DNA from: Giardia intestinalis
Taxonomy: Eukaryota
Strand: one strand, 5' to 3'
DNA length: 64,000 nt
Assembly: GCA_000002435.2 (NCBI GenBank)
Contig: CM018790.1
The notes beneath the pieces are model-generated. The model was not told where the DNA came from, ran no database searches, and was given only the letters and a program-made list of their open reading frames with translations. Positions 1-13,100 of the stretch are shown here, piece after piece (the stretch's first letter is position 1; each line of letters starts with the position of its first letter). Made by a program: the position numbers and the translations under genes.

Positions 1-4
1 TGCC

Positions 5-1554
5 ATGCCGCGCACCCATGAGCCGCAGGACATCACTGACGCCGCAGAGCTGGTGCGCATCCTTGAGTCCAACCTCGAGAGGGAGAAGGATGACACGGCT
101 GCTCTTCGCGACGCCCTGCGCAACGCAGAGGAGAAGAACAATGAGCAGCTTCGCGAAATAGATGATCTTCGTCGGGAGCTCGACGCGCTTCGCAGGGCGG
201 CTCCCGTCGAGCCTCTTGCGGCTGCAGCCCCGGCCGACGACGACCTTCTCCGGTCGCTGCGCGCAGACAACGAGATGCTGATGGAGGATGTCCATGATAA
301 GCGCCAAGACATCAAGGTTCTGGAGCGCAAGCTTCTTCAGGCCAAGGACGTCATCGAGGATCTCAAGGACGCGCTCGTCCGCGTCGAGCCCGCCGAGCTG
401 ACGGCCATTGCAGACGGCGACGCGGAGGACATCGGCCGCCTCCAGGACCTCCTCGAGAACATGAAGCAGCGCGAGAAGGAGCTCAACCGCTTCTACACCG
501 ACCTGCTGAAGCAGACCCAGCCGGCACAGGCACCAGAGCCCCTCACCCAGGCAGACTTCGAGCGGATCCTCTCCGAGAAGGACGCCGAGCTCGAGCGCCT
601 CCGCACGCTCCTCGACCATCCCCCGGTTGAGCAGCCCGTAGACGACTCCCAGAAGTACCGGGACGCGATCGGCTTCCTCAAGGAGGAGCTTGCCTACAAG
701 GACCATGAGATCCGCCGCATGAGGGCTGACAGCGCGCCCTCCGAGGTCGCGCAGATCGTTGACGCCTCCCTCAAGCAGGCCCTGGCACAGAAAGAGGAAG
801 AGGTGGCGCGCCTCAAGAGCGCCCTGGAGGATCTCGCCTCGGACCACATCGGCCAGAAGACCGGCGAGCCCGACACAGCCGCTCTCAAGGCCCTGCAGCA
901 GGAGATCAGCACAAAGGACGACGAGATCCAGAAGCTCACCGCTGTCATCGCTGCCATGCCGCGCACCCATGAGCCGCAGGACATCACTGACGCCGCAGAG
1001 CTGGTGCGCATCCTTGAGTCCAACCTCGAGAGGGAGAAGGATGACACGGCTGCTCTTCGCGACGCCCTGCGCAACGCAGAGGAGAAGAACAATGAGCAGC
1101 TTCGCGAAATAGATGATCTTCGTCGGGAGCTCGACGCGCTTCGCAGGGCGGCTCCCGTCGAGCCTCTTGCGGCTGCAGCCCCGGCCGACGACGACCTTCT
1201 CCGGTCGCTGCGCGCAGACAACGAGATGCTGATGGAGGATGTCCATGATAAGCGCCAAGACATCAAGGTTCTGGAGCGCAAGCTTCTTCAGGCCAAGGAC
1301 GTCATCGAGGATCTCAAGGACGCGCTCGTCCGCGTCGAGCCCGCCGAGCTGACGGCCATTGCAGACGGCGACGCGGAGGACATCGGCCGCCTCCAGGACC
1401 TCCTCGAGAACATGAAGCAGCGCGAGAAGGAGCTCAACCGCTTCTACACCGACCTGCTGAAGCAGACCCAGCCGGCACAGGCACCAGAGCCCCTCACCCA
1501 GGCAGACTTCGAGCGGATCCTCTCCGAGAAGGACGCCGAGCTCGAGCGCCTCCG
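5..1554 (+). repeat. Perfect tandem direct repeat inside a CDS. Unit is 951 bp (317 codons). Copy 1 is 5-955; copy 2 is 956-1554 (599 bp, identical, then diverges). Window bases 1-4 (tgcc) match the end of the unit, so an additional upstream copy is possible.
   Basis: atgccgcgcacccatgagccgcagg occurs at 5 and again at 956. Sequence is identical through gagcgcctccgca (603 / 1554). Confidence 0.85.
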
Positions 1555-2926
1555 CATCCTGACTTCAGATAATGCCACCTTTTTCAGGAAGAAGCTGGCA
1601 GCCAAGGACGCGGAGATAAGAAGGCTTATGTCGGCTGCATCTCAGCCAGATGAGGCGTCACATGGAACAGAGTACGATGTTGCCGTATTGCAGAGTGCTT
1701 TGACTGTGGCTGACGACATCATCAATGATAAGACGCGAGAAACTGAAGAACTCCAGAAGCTCCTTGATGACTTACAAGAAAAGCTTCGAGATGTGGATGA
1801 GAATAAGCTTTATGAAACCATCGACATGCTTAGGAACGATGTTGACCGTTTAGAAAGATGTCTCAACGAGCGTACTAAGGAACTGAACTCATTCAAATCT
1901 GCGATGCCTCATGATAATGTTCTTGCCAATGCAGTGCAGAGAGAGAAGGAGATCGAAAGGTTCTACAGAAACCTCATTGATAGCAAAGACGTTATGATTA
2001 ACCAGCTTAAAGCTCTTCTGTCTGCCGACACTGACGATCTCCTAAGGGCTCTTCGAATGGACAATCAGACTCTGGCTGAGGACGTGCGAGACAAGGCCAA
2101 CAGTCTGCAAGATACTACAAGAAAACTCCGAGATGCCATGAACACCATTGACAGGCTTCAGTCTGAACTAGCTCATGCACGTACTGATGAACTGGACGAC
2201 TCTCGTCCTTCAGAACAGGACTCACAATCTGATGGCTTACAAGAGCTACAAAGAATTATCCAGGCCAAGGATGAGGTCATTTCGGACCTGCGGCAACAGC
2301 TAGATACAGCAACTGATACAACCGTGGACACTGCTGAGCGTATACGCGTGCTTGAGAGCAGTCTAGCAGAGGGCTCTGCTCGCGAAAGAGAAGCACCGGC
2401 GATCATATCAGATGACGTTACGTCTCTTACACAGAAGATAGCGCTTCTTCAGGACGAGATTGACGAAAAGCAGAACACAATCGAGGCTCTTGTCGGAGCA
2501 ATCAAGGACTTTAATGAGGCTAATGCTTCTCTAAGACAGTCCAAGATAGAGATGGAGGATCAGGTCAGATATATGCGGCAGGCTCTTGAAAACACCCAGG
2601 GTGCCATGAATCACATGCTTACGTCTGCAATTGGCCAGAACAGCGAAGTGGCAGCCGTGCTGAGCCCTCAGCTAAGCGCAATCGACGCAACGACCAACAT
2701 GAGCGCTCTCGATATGCAGCAGAAGATTAAGTATTTGACCGACGAATTGAACAAATCTCGCCAGGAGGTTGACGACATGAAGAAGGCCTTTCAGGAGTCA
2801 GGCTCTGTTGGGGGGAGCAGCTATGAGATTGCAACGCTACGGAAGGAAATCAATCGTCTCAACAAGGAGTTGGATAGATACCGTAGCGGATCCGTTGTTA
2901 CACCGTCGTTCAGTAGAATCCAGTGA
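5..2926 (+). CDS. Coiled-coil protein, heptad-rich with E/K/R/L/D-rich segments, 973 aa. It may continue upstream of the window, because the window begins inside the repeated unit. Contains a perfect in-frame 951-bp tandem duplication.
   Basis: Long ORF with ATG at 5. The protein is dominated by charged and leucine-rich heptad-like sequence (LEREKDDTAALRDALRNAEEKNNEQLREIDDLRRELDALR...). Residues 1-200 repeat exactly at 318-517. Confidence 0.6.
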   Translation: MPRTHEPQDITDAAELVRILESNLEREKDDTAALRDALRNAEEKNNEQLREIDDLRRELDALRRAAPVEPLAAAAPADDDLLRSLRADNEMLMEDVHDKRQDIKVLERKLLQAKDVIEDLKDALVRVEPAELTAIADGDAEDIGRLQDLLENMKQREKELNRFYTDLLKQTQPAQAPEPLTQADFERILSEKDAELERLRTLLDHPPVEQPVDDSQKYRDAIGFLKEELAYKDHEIRRMRADSAPSEVAQIVDASLKQALAQKEEEVARLKSALEDLASDHIGQKTGEPDTAALKALQQEISTKDDEIQKLTAVIAAMPRTHEPQDITDAAELVRILESNLEREKDDTAALRDALRNAEEKNNEQLREIDDLRRELDALRRAAPVEPLAAAAPADDDLLRSLRADNEMLMEDVHDKRQDIKVLERKLLQAKDVIEDLKDALVRVEPAELTAIADGDAEDIGRLQDLLENMKQREKELNRFYTDLLKQTQPAQAPEPLTQADFERILSEKDAELERLRILTSDNATFFRKKLAAKDAEIRRLMSAASQPDEASHGTEYDVAVLQSALTVADDIINDKTRETEELQKLLDDLQEKLRDVDENKLYETIDMLRNDVDRLERCLNERTKELNSFKSAMPHDNVLANAVQREKEIERFYRNLIDSKDVMINQLKALLSADTDDLLRALRMDNQTLAEDVRDKANSLQDTTRKLRDAMNTIDRLQSELAHARTDELDDSRPSEQDSQSDGLQELQRIIQAKDEVISDLRQQLDTATDTTVDTAERIRVLESSLAEGSAREREAPAIISDDVTSLTQKIALLQDEIDEKQNTIEALVGAIKDFNEANASLRQSKIEMEDQVRYMRQALENTQGAMNHMLTSAIGQNSEVAAVLSPQLSAIDATTNMSALDMQQKIKYLTDELNKSRQEVDDMKKAFQESGSVGGSSYEIATLRKEINRLNKELDRYRSGSVVTPSFSRIQ

Positions 2927-2985
2927 TAACTTGAGTCCTGGATGCTACTTTTTGTGAATGTATGCTGTAGCTTCTGTTTACAGTC

Positions 2986-3747
2986 TCAGTTTACGCTTTC
3001 TATGGTGGGGCGCGTGTTAGGGGCTCTGCTCATTGTGTATGCAACCCTCTCTGCTTGTTCGTCAATGATTGCTGGCCCGCGAGGAAGAACCTCGTTGGAG
3101 CTATTCTTCACCGTCCCGGCCCCAGTAATGATAGCCATTACACGCGCCTCGATGTCCTGCATGCTCAAATCTGTGCAGTCAATGACACGGATACAGTACT
3201 CGAATACCTTGAAGTACGCTGGTCGGTTTATTTTGTAGACATCGTAGCGCTTCTTCAGTTGATCACGCTCCAGCTCACTTGCAGATCGGGAAAGCACTGT
3301 GTCCAGCGGAAGCTGAAGGTCTATTACCACCGTGGGCAGACAATCTGGGCTGATACGCAACGAAAAGGCCTCCAGCTCAGAGGAGGGAAAGTCATCTAGG
3401 ACCCAAGAATCGTTTGAGCACTGCTGGAGCTGGGTTCGAACGGACTCGATAACCTCTGTGCTTCCTAGAGTCTGGTTATTCCGTTCAGCGCAGATCAAGC
3501 GGCCCCCAAGCCTCTTCGACAAAAGGCTGCACATCGTGCTCTTTCCAGAGCATGGCGGGCCCAGTATAATGACTCTGTGCGTTGTCTTGCAGGTTGTCTT
3601 CGCAGGATCAAAGTAATTCTTCAAAAATCCGCATGGGTTGTCAGGCTTATGTATGGCGAGGGCCTCCATCGCTTGCTGGAGCTTGATGTAGATCTGCCGC
3701 TCCTCTAGATATTCGACGATAGCGTCATCTGTAATTTTGGCAGCCAT
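2986..3747 (-). CDS. Adenylate-kinase-like P-loop protein with an N-terminal DPY-30/RIIa-like dimerisation motif, 253 aa.
   Basis: P-loop ILGPPCSGKST plus an NMP-kinase-like WVLDDFPSS segment (compare adenylate kinase FLIDGYPR). The N-terminus IVEYLEERQIYIKLQQAMEALAIHKPDNPCGFLKNYF resembles DPY-30/RIIa. True ATG at 3747 is preceded by aaaacaaaaATG. Confidence 0.6.
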   Translation of the reverse strand: MAAKITDDAIVEYLEERQIYIKLQQAMEALAIHKPDNPCGFLKNYFDPAKTTCKTTHRVIILGPPCSGKSTMCSLLSKRLGGRLICAERNNQTLGSTEVIESVRTQLQQCSNDSWVLDDFPSSELEAFSLRISPDCLPTVVIDLQLPLDTVLSRSASELERDQLKKRYDVYKINRPAYFKVFEYCIRVIDCTDLSMQDIEARVMAIITGAGTVKNSSNEVLPRGPAIIDEQAERVAYTMSRAPNTRPTIESVN

Positions 3748-3850
3748 TTTTGTTTTCTGTCAACTTCTCCCTGTACAGCGGGCAATACTCGGTGCCTCAG
3801 AAAAAAGCACCCGCACAGTTTACAAGACTCAAACAGGTGGTAGAAGAATG

Positions 3851-4111
3851 TCAATCATCCGCATTGTTCTTGGCCTCTAGACGCATCCTTAACTCAGCGT
3901 TTTCCTTCTTTAGCTCATTGATCTGATTTGTAAGACTAACAATACGGTCTTCGCCAGAGCATCCAAGGTATTGTGCAATGTACTCCAACGCATTTGGTGG
4001 CTTCTCGGCCTCTTCATAAAGAGCCACAAACGCCTTTGTAATAGCGTCAGACACGCCGGTCCTTTGAAGGAAGCGACGGAATTCTGCGCGGCGTAGATCA
4101 GTGTCAGACAT
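3851..4111 (-). CDS. MYCBP: c-Myc-binding protein (MYCBP/AMY-1) homolog, 86 aa. In other organisms this is a cilium- or flagellum-associated protein.
   Basis: AEFRRFLQRTGVSDAITKAFVALYEEAEKPPNALEYIAQYLG aligns to MYCBP REQFRRYLEKSGVLDTLTKVLVALYEEPEKPNSALDFLKHHLG. The ATG is preceded by ttttaaaATG. Confidence 0.7.
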   Translation of the reverse strand: MSDTDLRRAEFRRFLQRTGVSDAITKAFVALYEEAEKPPNALEYIAQYLGCSGEDRIVSLTNQINELKKENAELRMRLEAKNNADD

Positions 4112-4157
4112 TTTAAAAATATTTTAGATTCCAGGCCCACGCACCAAGATCACTCGC

Positions 4158-7100
4158 TCAACGATTCGATAGATGGACATAAATGCCGTTTAGTGTTACC
4201 ATCTCATCTACCTCTTTGCTATAAGCAGACATCTTGACATGCATGACCTCTATGCCAGCTACCCGTGACTCTCTAAGTTGGTCCACATAGAATGGAACTA
4301 TTGCAGACGAGGAGAGGTGCGCCTCGTTGTCAGCCGAGTACACATAAATATTCTCCAGTTGGTCGCTTTCCACATTCAAATCGATGAGGGTCCGCAACGA
4401 ACAGCCCTGAAGAACACAGCTTCCAGCCTTAAGCGTTATTACTGGATGAGCACGCTTATTGCAAGCTTGAGATGAGGCGACCAACTTGATACTATTGAGC
4501 TCTTGGCCCATAGCTATGCCTTCATATCTACGAATAGCCTCAATGAATGCGGCGGGTCGTGGCATGTCTGACAGAGCGAGTTCGATCTGCGTCATGGTAC
4601 TTGACTCATTGACACTCTGTCTGCAAGACTCATATGCGCTGGCTATGCTCGAGGATGCGCTTGTCAAAAAGGTACTCAAGTACTCGAAGGGATCGCCACT
4701 GCGAAGAGTAGCTAGCTCAGGAGAGTCGTGTGGTGCTGTTGGGCAGGGCACAGCAGTTATTCCCACGCACCATCGTTCTGGTAGAATTCTACTCAGGATA
4801 AGAGAGGCAATGGCCTTGATCCGTGTGCTGGCAAGGAGATAATTGCTATGCGCCGCAGCTGCTTCCTTGAAGTCGCTTTCCAGGACCTTTCCGATTGACA
4901 TTATCACATTCCCTTGTAGATGAAGCTCATCAATAATCGGAATAATCCGCGCAATAGCTGGATCTGTTTGTTGAGCTTCGTTCAGAAAGGCTCCCATCTC
5001 CTTAAGTTTAGTGGCAAACACAGTCAGCTTGGGCTTAACGTCTTTCTCATAGATAGATGACAGTTGTAAAATTGTGTCATATATGCTGGCGATCGCGTTC
5101 CCGTCTGATGCACTTTCCTGAGTACCACTCTGTATACTTATTCGTGCCAACAGCGACCTAGTTGTTATGCTATTCTTTAAGCTCTGAGTTAGGAGGGCAT
5201 TGGTGGGCAATCCAAGATAGTTTGGAACAGGTTTCTCGGGATAACACTGCTGCACGTAGAGCGCGATTCCGTCAATTAACTGTGCTGCATCGAAGCAGCT
5301 GCTACCTGCCAAGAGACTTTTGTTACAAAGAACATGTGCAGGCGGAAGTAAGTATTGGATAACGGGAATGCTGTTAATAGCAGAAACTATATCGCGCGCT
5401 CCATACGATTGAGCATTGCCTTCAACTGAAACAGTGGCTGGAATAGCTTTTTCTCCCTTATCAATAAGCTCAAATATCGCCGTTATCGCCTTGCTATTAT
5501 AGGATATCTTAGTAAACTCCAACAACAAAGCATTGTCTGAGGAGTCCTTCGTGGCTACACCATATATTGCATCGAGTAGCAAGCCACTCAGCCGCTTTGA
5601 GAATCCGAGTAAGTAAACATTTTCGTCCTGGCTTGCTGGAAGCCCGCGAACCATACAGTCCTGAATAATGGAAATGATAGCCGTAAGGTCGTTCTGAGAC
5701 CAGCCCGGGTCTAGCGCAACACCGCGGGGGGCATAGAGGCGGCGGGCGTCCAGGATGATATGGAGTGCAGTGGAGATGTAGAGCAGGGCGTAAAGCTTTC
5801 TAATAAAGCTCTCTGTTTTGTTCTGTGAAGGGACGGTTGTTGGCCATCTCCGAACAGCATCCAGGAAGGCTTCTTTGGGAGAGCTATCAACTACCAGACA
5901 TACGCGCCACCCGACCCGGCCTAAACTCTGAGGAATGTATGGCTTTGGCTCGAGAAGAAGAACAATCTTCACGTGAGAGAGCAACTCTTCGTTATATTTC
6001 AGTTTGAAGCTAACCGAGCTCTCCATGAGCCAGCTGGGGAGAACAGAGAGCCAGTTGGCGCAGAGGTGGGCACCTTTTATAACAATCGTATGCATAACCG
6101 CAGAACTCATGGTGTCAATAGATTGCTCGCTTTTCCATGATTCGTATCTTCCCCCGAGATCTTCTAGTACGGTTTCAATAGCTTTGTTGGCCGCTTTTTC
6201 TTGGCCGGGATTTATGGTTATGGGGGTAGAGTTGGGGATGGTACTTGTAGGGTCCTGGCCTTGCAGCGTGTACAAAATGACAGGCTGGAGAAAACCGGCA
6301 GAGTGCCGTATAGCAGCAGCAATACTGTCCAGAAATTGCAGCTCCTTAGCATAATCATTCTTGAGGAGGGTCCTACTCACTGCGAGCTGTAAAGCAGTGG
6401 AAATCAGGTCCTTTCGACACGCAGAGACAAGAGCTGCCATTTCAACGTAAGTTAAGCGTCCTGCTGCATCTGGGAAAAGTTGGTTTATGTCGTTAAGGTT
6501 GTTGCACACCTTCACCTTGGCAGGAAAGTTGCTCCAGACAGAGCTGTTTGTAATGGAAATAGTAGACAGACGTGCCGAAGAAAAGCATGACAGGACCAAT
6601 CGAAACTCTTGTGTAAGGTTGGCGGGAACCCAGGTGGGAACAGATATAGAGGCATTAGAGTCAGCACGCCCTGTAAAGTACTTGAAGAGACTATCCGTGA
6701 AAATATCGGGGCAATAATTGCGCAATAAAAGAGCAGAAGCGGCGACCACATCGCTTGAGAACACGGATGTCTGGAGCCTGAGTAGAGTGTCTGAACGGAA
6801 CTGTTGTTGAGTTGCAAGAACTAGATCTGCAGTGATCTCCGACGGATTAGCAGTCGAGGGCTTATTACTTTGTAAGGCTTTAATCAGCAGCGGCATCACT
6901 GAACACTGATCTCCGATATATAAGCTATTTGCCGGTTGTAATGAAGAAAATGTTGAGACACAAGTGTCCATGTCTCTTGCCAATGGAAGAATGCGCTCTT
7001 TTACAGCATCAAGCTCCTTTTGAATGGTTTCAACCCCTTCTTGTGCTTTTTGTATTTCGAGTGTTTGCTGCTCTGCTTGCTTGAGCACGTTCATAAGAGT

Positions 7101-10100
7101 CACATTATCAATTATTGACAATGACTCTGAAGTTGTGGCAGAGTCGGTTGCAGCACTCAGGGCCGTGAGAAGGTTCTGCTCTACTTTGAAGAGTTGCTCG
7201 TTGAACGCCAGCTGAGAGTCCCTCAACTCCTCTATTTTCTTTAAGCTTTCTGGAGACCACTCAGCTAGAATACGATCAGTGTACAGATTAGCCTGAGACT
7301 TTCGTGTGGGTGCATAGGATAGTATCAGAACATGCTGAGAAAGATCTGACGGCACAAACACATCCAAAGACGAAACCAGAATCATGCGGAACGATGGAGA
7401 CACTTCACTGAACTTGAAGGATTGGACTGGCATGATGGTTGTTGCTGTCGAGAGAAGGTAAGACGTATTCACGTACCCGGTTCCTGCAGGTGTGTCTGCT
7501 GCTGCACTCTCAGAGGCTCTATATCCACCTCCAGAATATCTTATGTATGGGAATAGAACAGAGGGAATAGACCCACTGTCGCAGTTTAGGACGACAATTG
7601 TTTTGCCAAACCTGGCTGCAATACTAACAAGATTCGCTAGATTCTCCGAGGCAGCACTTACAAAAGTGGTTCCCTCCACAGAGACGTCTTGGTTCTTCGT
7701 TTGGTCGAAATAGTTACGTAAAAATGTGAGAACTCCTGTGGCTTCGGTGACATGAGAAAGCACTATGGTTGTGATTAGATTATAATTCCTCATGTCACGC
7801 ATGTCACGAGCGTCATCGTCAGCGGCACCTCGAGGGGCACTGTTTCGCGGAAGCTTGCTACTACTGTATAGCATGTCAAAAATGGCCGTATTCTCCAACG
7901 AACTAGTTGATGCAACAAGCCCATAACTAACATATCTATTCACGGTAACAGAATCATAAAGTAACGCGCCAAAGGCAGCTCTGACGGTCAGTCCTTTATC
8001 ATCATCTTTTGCCGATACAGGGCTCCCGAAAAAGCTCTCACGCATGTCATCTGTGCTGGCACCAGCTACTACGAACAGAATGGCTGCATTAACGGCACAC
8101 TTGTCGATAATATCTAGCTGCTGACTTGCTTGCTTGTACCCCTCTTCCCAGCGCAGCTTCTCTGCCCGGAGCCCGTGGAGCATCTCTTGGCCCTTCCGCT
8201 GCTTGGCTTGAATCTGCTGTAGCTCCTGCTTATACTTGACAAGCTGCTCTGTTTTCGCATTGAAGTCATCGCGGAGGCCTGCTATCTGAGCCTCTATGGC
8301 AGCGACCTCATCATTAATCGTTTGAATCTCTTTACGCATACTATCGAGGCTTCTGTTGGCGCTTTCCACGGCCTTCATCAGAGGCTCCATCTTAGTGCAC
8401 ACCTCGGCGTATTTGATATTGGCCTGAATCCACTTGGCAAGCGGTGCTGCTGCCCTGGACACGCGGCGGATGCGCTCCTGCTCAAAGCAGTCGGCGTTGT
8501 TCCTCACAACCTTGTTCACGGCATGTATGGATGCTTTGCTGGCCGTCTTCATGTCAAAGTTCGCAATTGTGCGGAGAACGCCAGACTGTGAAAGAAACGC
8601 CTTCATGCCCTTCCACGAGAGATCCTGGTGACCAAGCAGCACCAGGACTGCCTCCAGGACTACAGATACTGCAGGAGGCGGAGATTGGAAGGACTTGATC
8701 TCAGTAAGGGCGTCTGACGGGATCGCCTGGACGGCCTTTGTTGCCTCTTGAAGGACGGGCATAACAGTGCTTAGCTCGGCATCTGCTTGCTCCTTGTCCT
8801 TCATGATTCCCTGCTCTCTCTCGCTCAGTTCCTTCTGCAGAGCGTGAGCGGCCAGCTTCCTGTCGTTTGCTTCTGACATACGGCTTGAGATGTTTTCTAG
8901 CGCCTGGTTTGCCTCTTTCTGGGAAAACTCCACCTGTTTTGTGCGTTCCTGCGCCTGGGCAGCCAGAGCATCGACCTCGCTCTGCGCCTTCTGTAGCTGC
9001 TTCAGCCCCTTGGACAGGCGCTCACGCTTCCTATTTAGCATGAACGTCCACCTAGACTTGAGGAGATGGTAGATGACATAGATTTTGGTGTAGTATGATA
9101 TCTGGACGGTATTGTGTGGCTTGTAGACAGACAGGTACTTACTTACGTATCCCGATGCAATCTTCAGTATCTGCTCGATCGTGTTGAGCGGCTTGAGGTT
9201 CCTACCTTCATTCGAAGCCATAGAGGCGCCAGAAATGATCGAAACAGTTTTTGTAGGCAGCGTATGAGCAATACTTCTTATGGGTGCCTTCAGAATATCG
9301 TCGGTAGTGCTTAACTGAATAGAGGAGGAGTCGAGGTAGAGCAGTTCAAAACTGACCAACTGTATGTTGCGACGCAGGGCGGGAACGAGGGAGAAGATGC
9401 CGTCGGTGCTCCTGCGCTCTGGGTTCAGCAAGATGACAGGCTGAACGGCTCGCACAAACAGGTTCAGAAAGAGCGTAGCCAACTCTGACTCAGACATAGA
9501 GTCGCCGTTCGGCACGCTTGACACCTCGGTAAACGTAGCAACCAAGCTCCTAAGATCTGCAGCAGAAAGTCGATTTCGGAAGTAGAGGATGTCACGGCTC
9601 GACAGCGCAGAAAGCAGGGCGTACCATTCTGGGTCTGCTTCCAAGGTGTTGCAGTCCATGAAGTAAGCAATGTGATGGTGGCCATGGGCAACCCTGTCGG
9701 CCAGGAAGCGCAGTACAAGAGGAGTAGCGTGGTCAGTGCCTGCAAACATGACCGTGCACCCTATACTTAGCGCCCCTGCAAGGGCAGTCTCCATTGAGAA
9801 ATTGTGTGGCTGAGATAAGATAATAACACCTGCCGAAGACCTAAGGAAAATCTCCACAGCAGAGAGAAGCTTCAAGTATTCGTGGATGACGGTATCAATG
9901 AGTGGGGGACTCCACTGCATCATGTTCAGATAGGCATAATAGAGGCGAAGGCCGTTGTAGGTGTCTCCAAGAGAGGATACAAGCTCTTTAAGCAGGCCGA
10001 TCCGCATCTTATTTGTGACTAGCTCTAGGGAGAGGTCGGAAAAATAGGCGTCGGGTATGCCTTCATCAGACTGCAATGCGCGCTGGAGCGTCTGCGCTGT

Positions 10101-13100
10101 CGTCCCAAGCTTGGCATAGGTTAAAACCTTCTCGTCCGAAACTTGGCTTATTGTCTTGAGACACGCGCGTGCTGCCGACTTACCCTGGGAATAGGGGATT
10201 GGTACCTCAAGGAAGATCTCCAGCAGCTTTGTTATCTTTTCCAAACTCACTTCGGACTTCTCGGTGGCAAGCAACGCCTTGATCGACGATATGGAAAACA
10301 AGGTGAGAGACCCCACTGATTTCAGGAGCTCTGGTAGAGCGATCACCTCTTGCAGATTCATGGTCCTAGTTTTGAGCTTTGCTGTCTCTGCTTCGGAAAC
10401 CATTCGCATCTGCCAAGTCTGAAGGCTAGTGGAGGCCTTCATTAAGGAGGAGTACAGCTTAAATAGGTCAGGGCCGCACACAAGCTCAGCGTCTCGGGGA
10501 TCTTCGTCCATGAAAACGATCCCCATTCTACGCCGCAAGCGGGCGGGGATCGCGTCCAGTGTCTTTGTGGTAAGTGCTACTTGAATGTCGGAGATATGAA
10601 GACAGGTGCCGCCCCTAGTATAGAACTTCCCGTGGGCCACCAGGGACCAGAGGAACGTGAGCGTCTCGATATGGGCGAACTCATCCGGAGCAACTATGTC
10701 GCAATCCCGCAGGATCAGCAGGATTTTTGTGCTGACGCTCCGAGGCTTTAGGTATCTATTCCCGTCTGCACCCTGCGTCTCGGCGCACTCTGATAAGAGC
10801 AGGTCTACTATACTCTGACGCGTGGTTAGCTGGGAACAGTCAAGTGTTAAGGCCTTATATCTCTGCCCTCTGCTGTTAGTGGTCTCTGCCACTGCTTGAA
10901 GAAGAGCCGTGTACTTCCCACATGTCTTTGAGCCCGTAACGATTATCTGTACTCCAGCTGTCAGAAAGTTCCTGACGGACAAGACGGCCCAGTGGAAGTG
11001 GGGGGCCTGGCCCGAATCCCCGTGCTTCGGCGTTGCCAATGTCCCGCGAAGATCGATGCTTCTGCCAGCAAGAACCGACGCAGCAGAACCCAGAGTGAGC
11101 TCGTTGAGTTCACCAGGGAGGCCTGCAGCCAGACAGATCTTCATCTCGGAGAAAAACGAACGTATGCACCCCGCAACGAAAGCAGTCTGAAGGTCCGATC
11201 CACTGTTCGCCATAAGAGCCGCACCCACTCCAGAATGGAACATGTGTGTACAGACGTCGATGGCAGCTGTGCCTCTCTTCATGGACGCAGGCAGACCGGT
11301 TCTAAAAAACGCCTCGAAGCCGGCAAGACTTAGCTTGCCAGACAGATCCGTGTTAGTGTCAAGCTGATAGCGTAAATGTGCGAGTGTGTCGTCAATGGAC
11401 GTATCCGGAACAACAATGATGGCAAGACGACTGATCGTAGCAGGTGACGCATGAGCAAGCGAGTCTGTCTCAAAAAGGAACGACAAAGGCATTTGCAACG
11501 GAGCAGATAGCCTCCCGTCTACTTCTCGTGAGTTGAAGTACGCCTCCAGTGGGTTCATATTTACCGGGAAGCGGAGCCGCTCGCCGGAGCTCATTGTGAG
11601 GAGCCGGTTATCGTCCAAGACGGAATTCAAGGCCTCTATCCAAAGAGGGTCGATCGATCCATCCAGCATAATAATCGGCCACGTACATGGAAGCTCTCTG
11701 CTGTTCAACAGCTGAACAGAGAGACGGGCAGCGCTAGATAAGGCACCATCGTTCCACTCGCCGGTTGCAGGATCGACATAACCAAGAAGCTCCTGGCGAG
11801 ACATCGACTTGGGGGCAATGAGAAACTCTTGGATGACAATATTTCCCTTGGTAAGCTTGAAGACTGCGTCCTTCAGCAGAGAAAAGATGTACGACTTACC
11901 GCTTCCGGTGCCTCCAAGAAGTGCTACGCCCATCTTTGTAGTAAGTGCTCTGTAGAGCTGCAACACCGCAATGCCGTGCGGCTCACGTAGATCTGGAGGA
12001 AGAGCGCCAACCAGCTCTTCTTCGAGACTGCTCACGGCCCCAAACTTCTTTATGGTGGACTCTGATTGCTTAATAGCCCTGGATCCGAAAACGCCGGTCA
12101 GGATCTCCTTGAAGATTTCAACCGACTTCCCTGTAATGCGAGAAAGAGTTGCGTCTGAGATGCACTTAATTATGACGTTACTTTCCATGCCATACAGCGC
12201 TTCAGCGCTTGAGTCGGAAAGCATCTTGAATGAGGAAGCGCGTACTATTGCTGCCTGACGCAAGATAGCCTGTAAGCTACGAAGACCCCAGTCCAGATGA
12301 ACTTGTTTCGGAATTCGACGAGCGCACAGGACATATGAAAGGTCGCATTTCTCCGCTAGCTCCTTGCAATTGACAAAGCCGGATGTGGAGAGAATCGTCT
12401 CGATGATAAGGCTGGTGTCTGCTCTGCCCATGAAGCACCCGCGCAAGAGCTTGGTCAACGAAAAGGGGAGCTCAGAGCGGCCACGGTACTCGCGCGATGC
12501 AGGATTCATTGTGACGTAGATCGAGGCATAGGGAGATATGGCCCGTATAGGAACGGTGATCTCAGAAAGAGTAAAGGTGTTCTCATCGAGGTTTATGTTC
12601 CGACAATCCCCGAATGCACAGAGGCTTGTTTTTCCAGAGCGGAGGAGGATCACTTTTTGGATTGCCTCGATGTCTGTAGCAACGGCGCTCAGCACTGAGC
12701 TATCCAAGCGATTGATTTCATCAAAGCAGCCCATGGACCCCGAGAGAATTATCCCTATGAGAAGCCTGGATAAATCTGACCGCTCGATGGATGTATCACA
12801 GTTGAAGCACACGACGGTGCGGCCAAGCTTTCCTCCAAGCGCCTTCGTGGACTCTGTTTTCCCCGTCCCAGCAGGGCCCTGGAGGACACCTCCAAGCTGA
12901 AGTGCAATAGCCTCTGATATCGTATTGTAGCAGCGAAAAGTTAGAGGCGTGTGAATGAGTTTCGCTTGGAGGCCCTGGTAGTCATAGGAGTATGGCGTTA
13001 TGGAGTCTAGCGCAAAGACATACAAGTCATCGGAGTCTTTGTGTATGCGATACTTAAGTTCTCTGGTCCAGATCCACCGCCGTGAGTCAAAGCAATCTGG

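Noticed and set aside
3910-4140. 76-aa ORF overlapping the MYCBP gene in another frame.
   Set aside because: The MYCBP frame has strong homology and a proper initiator. The overlapping frame has neither.
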